Shown here piece after piece: positions 55,107 through 64,000 of a stretch of 64,000 nt of DNA. The notes beneath the pieces were generated by a model. That model searched no databases and was not told the origin of the DNA. It saw only the letters and a list, made by a program, of their open reading frames with translations. The first letter of the stretch is position 1. Every line of letters starts with the position of its first letter. A program made the position numbers and the translations under genes. Source of the DNA: Ylistrum balloti (taxonomy: Eukaryota); contig NW_026781946.1 of NCBI RefSeq assembly GCF_031769215.1, positions 248,001 to 312,000 of the forward strand. The letters are read 5' to 3'.

Positions 55107-57170
55107 TACTGGTTTGTTAATTCTTCATGTGTGATTTGTCCTGTTTGCAAACTTTTATTACAACTGTATATGTCACTTGTCTTGTTTATTACAACTGTAT
55201 ATGTCACTTGTCTTGTTTATTACAACTGTATATGCCACTTGTCTTGTTTATTACAACTGTATATGTCACTTGCCTTGTTTATTACAACTGTATATGTCAC
55301 TTGTCTTGTTTATTACAACTGTATGTGTCACTTGTCTTGTTTATTACAACTGGTTTGTTAATTCTTCATGTGTGATTTGTCCTGTTTGCAAACTTTTATT
55401 ACAACTGTATATGCCACTTGTCTTGTTTATTACAACTGTATATGTCACTTGCCTTGTTTATTACAACTGTATATGTCACTTGTCTTGTTTATTACAACTG
55501 TATGTGTCACTTGTCTTGTTTATTACAACTGGTTTGTTAATTCTTCATGTGTGATTTGTCCTGTTTGCAAACTTTTATTACAACTGTATATGTCACTTGT
55601 CTTGTTTATTACAACTGTATATGTCACTTGTCTTGTTTATTACAACTGTATATGCCACTTGTCTTGTTTATTACAACTGTATATGTCACTTGTCTTGTTT
55701 ATTACAACTGTATATGTCACTTGTCTTGTTTATTACAACTGTATATGTCTCTTGTCTTGTTTATTACAACTGTATATGTCACTTGTCTTGTTTATTACAA
55801 CTGTATATGTCACTTGTCTTGTTTATTACAACTGTATATGTCTCTTGTCTTGTTTATTACAACTGTATATGTCACTTGTCTTGTTTATTACAACTGTATA
55901 TGTCACTTGTCTTGTTTATTACAACTGTATATGCCACTTGTCTTGTTTATTACAACTGTATATGTCACTTGTCTTGTTTATGTCACTTGTCTTGTTTATT
56001 ACAACTGTATATGTCACTTGTCTTGTTTATTACAACTGTATGTGTCACTTGTCTTGTTTATTACAACTGTATGTGTCACTTGTCTTGTTTATCACTGCTG
56101 TATGTGTCACTTGTCTTGTTTATTACAACTGTATATGTCACTTGCCTTGTTTATTACAACTGTATATGTCACTTGTCTTGTTTATTACAACTGTACATGT
56201 CACTTGCCTTGTTTATTACAACTGTATATGTCACTTGTCTTGTTTATTACAACTGTATGTGTCACTTGTCTTGTTTATCACTGCTGTATGTGTCATTTGT
56301 CTTGTTTATTACAACTGTATATGTCACTTGCCTTGTTTATTACAACTGTATATGTCACTTGTCTTGTTTATTACAACTGTATATGTCTCTTGTCTTGTTT
56401 ATTACAACTGTATATGTCACTTGTCTTGTTTATTACAACTGTATATGTCACTTGTCTTGTTTATTACAACTGTATATGCCACTTGTCTTGTTTATTACAA
56501 CTGTATATGTCACTTGTCTTGTTTATCACTGCTGTATGTGTCACTTGTCTTGTTTATTACAACTGTATATGTCACTTGCCTTGTTTATTACAACTGTATA
56601 TGTCGCTTGTCCTGTTTATTACAACTATATATGTCACTTGTCTTGTTTATCACTGCTGTATGTGTCACTTGTCTTGTTTATTACAACTGTATATGTCACT
56701 TGTCTTGTTTATTACAACTGTATATGTCACTTGTCTTGTTTATTACAACTGTATATGTCTCTTGTCTTGTTTATTACAACTGTATATGTCACTTGTCTTG
56801 TTTATTACAACTGTATATGTCACTTGTCTTGTTTATTACAACTGTATATGTCACTTGTCTTGTTTATTACAACTGTATATGTCACTTGCCTTGTTTATTA
56901 CAACTGTATATGTCACTTGTCTTGTTTATTACAACTGTACATGTCACTTGCCTTGTTTATTACAACTGTATATGTCACTTGTCTTGTTTATTACAACTGT
57001 ATGTGTCACTTGTCTTGTTTATCACTGTTGTATGTGTCATTTGTCTTGTTTATTACAACTGTATATGTCACTTGCCTTGTTTATTACAACTATATATATG
57101 TCACTTGCCTTGTTTATTACTGCTGTATGTGTCACTTGTCTTGTTTATCACTGCTGTATGTGTCACTTGC
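55107..57170. repeat. 31-bp minisatellite (ACAACTGTATATGTCACTTGTCTTGTTTATT)n
   Basis: About 60 near-identical copies; source of the 552-607 aa artefactual ORFs. Confidence 0.98.
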
Positions 57171-57509
57171 TCCGTTGCAGACAAGCTTTAAAGTCTGCGG
57201 TTTAATTCCGAGCCGCCTTTTGTCGATATTGTCTCGTGGACTAAATGTTGTGTCCACGGTGTGTCTACATTATATTCATGGAATGTTAATACCTAATTAC
57301 TTCAAATTCCATAGAGTGTAACAAATCATTTTTCATTTGATCACTTTTGCTCAATCGTTCGCGAAAAAGTCTAGACTTAATCTAATTTAGATAGAATTTT
57401 CTCGAAATTGCTGCTTCTCCAATCCTAAAGCTTATAAAACGCCGTCTTCATCAGTTTTTTCACATACTTACGAACATATTATGTTAGCTGTAAGACTTTT
57501 TTCAAGTAT

Positions 57510-60150
57510 GTCAGTGACACAATGATGTATGACAGTAACAGAATGATGTATGACAGTGCCACAATACTGTGTGACAGTAATACAATGATATATTATAATA
57601 ACAGAATGATGTATGACAGTAACAGAATGATGTATGACAGTAACAGAATGATGTATGACACTTAACAGAATGATGTATGACAGTAACACTATGGTGTATG
57701 ACAGTAACAGAATGATGTATGACAGTAACACTATGGTGTATGACAGTAACATAATGATGTATGACAGTAACATAATATTGTATGACCGTAATACAATGGT
57801 ATATGATAATAACACAATGGTGTATGTCAGCAGTACAATGGAGTATGGCATTAACACAATGATGTTTGTCGGTGGTACAATGGTGTATGATAGAATACAA
57901 AGATGTATGACCGTAACACAATGATGCATAACAATAACATAATTATGTAGGACAGCAACAAAATGGTGTATGTCAGTGATACAGTGATGTATGTCAGTGA
58001 TACAGTGATGTATGTCGGTGATACAGTGATGTATGTCAGTGATACAGTGATGTATGTCAGTGATACAGTGATGTATGTCAGTAATGCAATGGTGTATGGC
58101 AGTATTATATAAAGATGAATGACAGTAACATAATGATATATAACAGTGCACAATGATATATAACAGTGCCCAATGATATATAACAGTGCACAATGATATA
58201 TGACCGTAACACAATGATATATAACAGTGCCCAATGATATATGACAGTAACACAATGATATATAACAGTGCACAATGATATATGACCGTAGCACAATGAT
58301 ATATAACAGTGCCCAATGATATATAACAGTGCACAATGATATATAACAGTGCACAATGATATATAACAGTGCACAATGATATATAACAGATATATATGCA
58401 CAATGATATATGACCGATATATAAACACAATGACGATATATAACACTGCACAATGATATATGACCGTAACACAATGATATATAACAGTGCCCAATGGTAT
58501 ATGACCGTCACACAATGATATATAACAATGCCCAATGATATATAACAGTGCCAAATGATATATGACCGGAACACAATGATATATAACAGTGCCCAATGAT
58601 ATATGACCGGAACACAATGATATATAACAGTGCCCAATGATATATAACAGAGCACAATGATATATAACAGTGCCCAATGATATATAACAGTGCCCAATGA
58701 TATAAGACCGGAACACAATGATATATAACAGTGCCCAATGATATATGACAGTGCCCAATGATATATAACAGTGCCCAATGATATATAACCGTAACAAAAT
58801 GATATATAACAGTAACACAATGATATATAACAGTAACACAATGATATATAACAGTGCACAATGATATATAACAGTAACATAATGATATATAACAGTGCCC
58901 AATGATATATAACAGTAACACAATGATATATAACAGTGCACAATGATATATTACAGTAACACAATGATATATAACAGTAACACAATGATATATAACAGTA
59001 ACACAATGATATATAACAGTGCCCAATGATATATAACAGTGCCCAATGATATATGACCGTAACACAATGATATATAACAGTGCCCAATGATATATAACAG
59101 TGCCCAATGATATATAACAGTGCCCAATGATATATGACCGTAACACAATGATATATAACAGTGCCCAATGATATATGACCGTAACACAATGATAAATAAC
59201 AGTGCACAATGATATATAACAGTGCACAATGATATATGACAGTAACACAATGATATATAACACTGCACAATGATATATTAACAGTGCCCAATGATATATA
59301 ACAGTGCACAATGATATATAACCGGAACACAATGATATATAACAGTGAACAATGATATATAATAGTGCCCAATGATATATGACCGTAACACAATGATATA
59401 TAACAGTGCCCAATGATATATGACCGTAACACAATGATATATAACAGTGCCCAATGATATATGACCGTAACACAATGATATATAACAGTGCACAATGATA
59501 TATGACCGTAACACAATGATATATAACAGTGCACAATGATATATGACCGTAACACAATGATATATAACAGTGCCCAATGATATATGACCGGAACACAATG
59601 ATATATAACAGTGCCCAATGATATATGACCGTAACACAATGATATATAACAGTGCCCAATGATATATAACAGTGCCCAATGATATATAACAGTGCCCAAT
59701 GATATATAACAGTGCACAAAGATATATAACAGTAACACAATGATATATAACAGTGCCCAATGATATATAAAAGTAACACAATGATATATAACAGTGCCCA
59801 ATGATATATGACCGGAACACAATGATATATAACAGTGCCCAATGATATATGACCGTAACACAATGATATATAACAGTGCCCAATGATATATGACCGTAAC
59901 ACAATGATATATAATAGTGCCCAATGATATATAACCGGAACACAATGATATATAACAGTGCCCAATGATATATAACCGTAACACAATGATATATAACAGT
60001 GCCCAATGATATATAACAGTGCCAAATGATATATAACAGTGCCCAGTGATATATAACAGTGCACAATGATATATAACAGTGCCCAATGATATATAACAGT
60101 GCACAATGATATATAACAATGACAGTTATGTATGAAAAAACACAAAGATG
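57510..60150. repeat. 20/21-bp minisatellite (AATGATATATAACAGTGCCC / AATGATATATGACCGTAACAC variants)
   Basis: More than 100 units; source of the 883/545 aa artefactual ORFs. Confidence 0.98.
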
Positions 60151-63100
60151 TATGACACAGTGTTAAAGACTGAACAGCTGTCAGTAAAATTCACTCGTAC
60201 ATTATAAGTAGCCGGACATAACTACCTGTAAGACGATGACTTAAATGAAATAATCAACGCAACAGACAAAAGTTATTTCTGTCTGAAACACAAAAGCATG
60301 TCGTTTCAAATTTCTATTTGAATGTGCGACATGTGCATTAGTCCTACTCAGCACGTTAAACTTATTCAGAAGAGAGCCATAAAAAGTACAAATGATTATT
60401 GATTTAATAATATACATCAGTGTTACATCAGTGTGTTCACGTTAGCTAGATAGATAGGATTTAAGGTAAGTAGTCAATATGCAGACGACACAATATTTGA
60501 CACAACAGGTTGTTTCAGCAACTTCCTGGCTGGTGTACCAGGGCGACTGTCACTGCCCGACAAGCTCAGTACACATGAACTTACGGTTTTCCTGAAATTT
60601 ACCAGGACAATAAATAAATTCGCTTTTTTTCCCCATACAATTACTAATCTAGAAAGTACGTATACATCATTCTTAGTATCTTGTAATCTTGTAATAGAAA
60701 CTTCACGACATGAATAGAAATGCTTTACAATTAGGCTGAAGATTTACACCATATTTAATGTATGTTTGTCCATAACAGCAGTTAATCAATGTAACTAAGT
60801 TTGTCAGATAGTAAGTGAAACGACACAAATTTGAAGAGTTTTGAGTCATTCTATTTTGGCAAATTTTGAGCAGCATAACTCAAAAATGGGAGGGAGGGAT
60901 TAATACTTATGGTTTTGATTACACAACAATAATGTTTCGTAATTTGTTTAAAATATCATTCACAAAAACACGCTGTTTACAGTAAAATGTGTCAGTGACT
61001 TTTATCACATAATTTATCATTGTCTCTCACATTTTGACTTTAAAGTCTCTTAAAATTTAACTTTCCTCAATTATGCGATAAAAAGTACTTTAAACTTATT
61101 TTCAGTTTTAAATTTTTTTTATGAAACTCGTCGCGAAGCTCGAATTTTTGCTAGTCAAGGTTTTCAATTAATAAAAAAAACTCGTTTCATAAAACTCTAT
61201 ATGAAATGGAAGCTTTTAGAAAATCCTATATGTCAGAAGCATCCCAAATACATTACAAGTCATTAAGCGTTTTTATTTTTCTAAATAACACACCTCATCA
61301 ACAACCATTCGGGCGAAATGATACCATGCCGTAATATCAATAGCTGCACCAGTCTTACATGATTTACGTCGTTTTAATTAATGTATTCGAAATATCAACA
61401 TGAATAAAACCAAAAATATTAATCATTATCATTGTGAGTGGTCCTTAACCGATCTATAATCGTGATTCAAATCCATTCATGTGTGAAAACTGTTGGTTGG
61501 AAAACAAGTTAGCGTTAATATGACGTAAGATAGAAATGATTAAATTTGTTCAATAATGTCAATAACTCTAGTACACGACATGATATTTAACATTGTTCCC
61601 TGAATATCATATCATCTTGGCGGCCTGCCTCTTGACAGGACAATATCATCACACTATCCATGCTACTTTCATTATTTGTTTAGTAGATGTCGCACTTTAT
61701 TAATGTCCGCGTTTTGGGGTATTTCCGTATCGAATTAAAGAGTAAGGGTAGAAAGACTGTTGCACTGTGCACTGTTGTCATATGACCGTCATTAATCACT
61801 CTATAACAGCCTGACGTAGGACACTTTGTTCTGAAGAAGAAGGATGAGTAATGCGGAAGCGATGTTGTAATCTCATTTGTAACAATTATCTATCCTAGTA
61901 ACATTGGTTAGGACGACATTGTACCATCGCTATTTTTAGCTTTCCCAAGAATACATTTAACGTGTAGGTAGATTCTTGACCTTTTAACACGCACTGCAGT
62001 GTCACGTCCTGTGACGTGAAAAATTGCCGGTGCTGAAAATGTCTTTCTACTCCGCTGGAGACAAAGATAAAACAAACGGGAGAAGGGTGCCCTGGGTACG
62101 TCATGTTAGGAGTTGTATTGACCAACCACCGCTCCACCAACAAATCACTTGTTCTTTGAGTTCAAGTTCCTCGTGAAGCTGTCACGTGACCGATTCTTCA
62201 AGGAATCTTTTTTTCTTAATATATAGTAGATGTGACACCAACAATAATTATCCGTTTGTCTTAAATTTCTTCCCGATACAGTTACTCCTTCTGTGTTTAT
62301 GTTCATTAAATATCTTTTGCAACATAGTCCTATCAAAATTGGCAAGACATATACCAAAAATAAATCTACAACCTTATATATCATAATTGTGGAATAGCAG
62401 TATCCTAATTACTACCCACTACACAAGATGTTTGGAAATGGTCGCTTCTCACAAATTGTTGTTGGTTTAAATACACATTGATACAGCTTTTTTCGTATCT
62501 GTCTCAGAGACAGACAAATATCAATATCGATACAATATGTAAGGGACGCTTGGTAGGAGATAGAGGCAATATAGTGTAGCATACAGGAAAGAAAACCCGG
62601 TCTCGTGTGATTGCTATACAGGATTGGCAAGATATTTACAAGACGGTCGTAATGATGATGAACCAGAATTATTGACAAAGAGTTTAACTTCTATTTGTAT
62701 GTTCCCATTTGCAGTAAAATGCATATAAAACTCTGGCTGTTCATTACTCAAACCTCTTGTCAGCTACAATAATTCAATTTCTCTCCAGCTGATTTTTTTT
62801 ACTTCCGCCTTGCGTAGACATAATAATGACAAACTTCCGATACTTAAAACCACCAAATCAAAGTGTGATACGAGATGTCACTGATAACAGATGCTTTTAA
62901 ACGAAGAACTTCCTCTTCTGGTTTTTCTTGCAACCGCAAAATGCCATTGAAAACATTAATGTTGTCGAAGGTTTTCTTTATATAGTAAATTATAAACGAT
63001 ATCGGCACGAGAGGATTGGGACAGACACACGAGATGGTAGATACCTACACAATATATATACAGGCAGCTGTAGACATAAATAACAAATTTATGGACTAAT

Positions 63101-64000
63101 TTCCAAGAGCTAACGGGTTTTATTAATACATTTCCTCGATGTCGAATGAGAGTGAATCCCACTGTTTACTATTATACCTAAACAACAAACAAGTTATAGC
63201 TTCAAGTTCAAAGGACAAATAATCTAGACAAAATCACACATGATTCAGTATACATATGCGTGTGGATATGTATATTTGTTCAAGACGAAATACAGCGAGT
63301 TGTTGATTGCAGACAGACGTGCTATGAGAGGATTAGAAACATCCCGGTCGTAGCAGTATCTACAGGAACCTTCTACAAACTCAAACGCCGCAATTAAATT
63401 CCGAGTGTGTTGCAACAATATTGAGCATCACAAGGCTATAGGCGACAGTATGAAGATCACATGGACTACAGGAGCACAGGACAGAACGTAACGAAATACA
63501 CAATGGGAATATATATATACAGTGAAACTATATACACAGTTGAAGTATACAAACGAATTGTCTACAGTTTAGAGCTAACGTATCACATATCAGCATGCAA
63601 TTAATGATCATTTTGCAATAATGTTTATGTGTAAGTCGAAATAGGTCATGTAGTGAAATACGACAAGCCTGTACTATCATAAAACCCTTCACAAGTAAGA
63701 ATGTAGGCTCTCATATAGCCTTAAAAGTAAATATCGGGTTTAGGTCTTTATGTCTGTTATTTGGCCAAGTGTTTATGAAACGAACGCATTGACATAAATA
63801 AAAATGTTCAGTTCAGTAGTTCTGTGGAAGAAGCAAAACTTGATCTTCAAAACAACGCACACGCAAAATAAAAAATATCGTTCTATCAACTTCAAAAGCA
63901 CAATAACATGCTCAGCTTACATTAAAGTAAGCATACATCATGTCGATGTAGACTGTTATTTCGGTAGACATGTAATCCAACCATTTACTCTTTAAAAAAG

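Noticed and set aside
55127-60145. ORFs of 125-883 aa as protein-coding genes
   Set aside because: They lie entirely within 31-bp and 20/21-bp minisatellites, are open in several frames at once, and show no splice or domain evidence.
57510-60150. CRISPR-like array (constant AATGATATAT plus variable part)
   Set aside because: The variable parts are a few recurring 10-11-nt variants, not unique spacers. The context is eukaryotic and there are no cas genes.
60515-60580. GC-rich hairpins as a twister or HDV-like ribozyme
   Set aside because: Stems are present, but I could not build the required pseudoknots or find the conserved catalytic residues.
61117-61194. 11-bp inverted repeat TTTTATGAAAC/GTTTCATAAAA
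   Set aside because: Probably a fragment of a non-autonomous DNA element; too short to call.

Overview
AT-rich eukaryotic (invertebrate) genomic DNA. Repeat types and gene structure suggest a bivalve mollusc, possibly a scallop (inference). The left half (~2.2-35.2 kb, minus strand) is one gene, LRRC9. I traced 32 coding exons by hand with consistent intron phases (4692 nt, ~1563 aa: N-terminal LRRs, central PARP/ART-like domain, C-terminal LRRs). It has one GC-AG intron and a candidate promoter near 35.1 kb, where the sequence switches from CpG-poor to CpG-rich. The right half is mostly intergenic: two N gaps, a decayed irritans-type mariner, several Penelope-like (probably Naiad-type) RT fragments, a small single-pass membrane-protein ORF and three large minisatellite arrays. 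Those arrays produce the long 500-880 aa ORFs, which are artefacts. Best leads: (1) a decayed type-I hammerhead-ribozyme motif inside a direct/inverted repeat structure at 42.0-42.9 kb; (2) unannotated frame-preserving micro/mini-exons in LRRC9 intron 24; (3) a Glu at the PARP catalytic position of the LRRC9 ART-like domain; (4) tandem repeats born from LRRC9 splice junctions; (5) the 76-aa transmembrane ORF. All coordinates were read by eye and no database searches were run.
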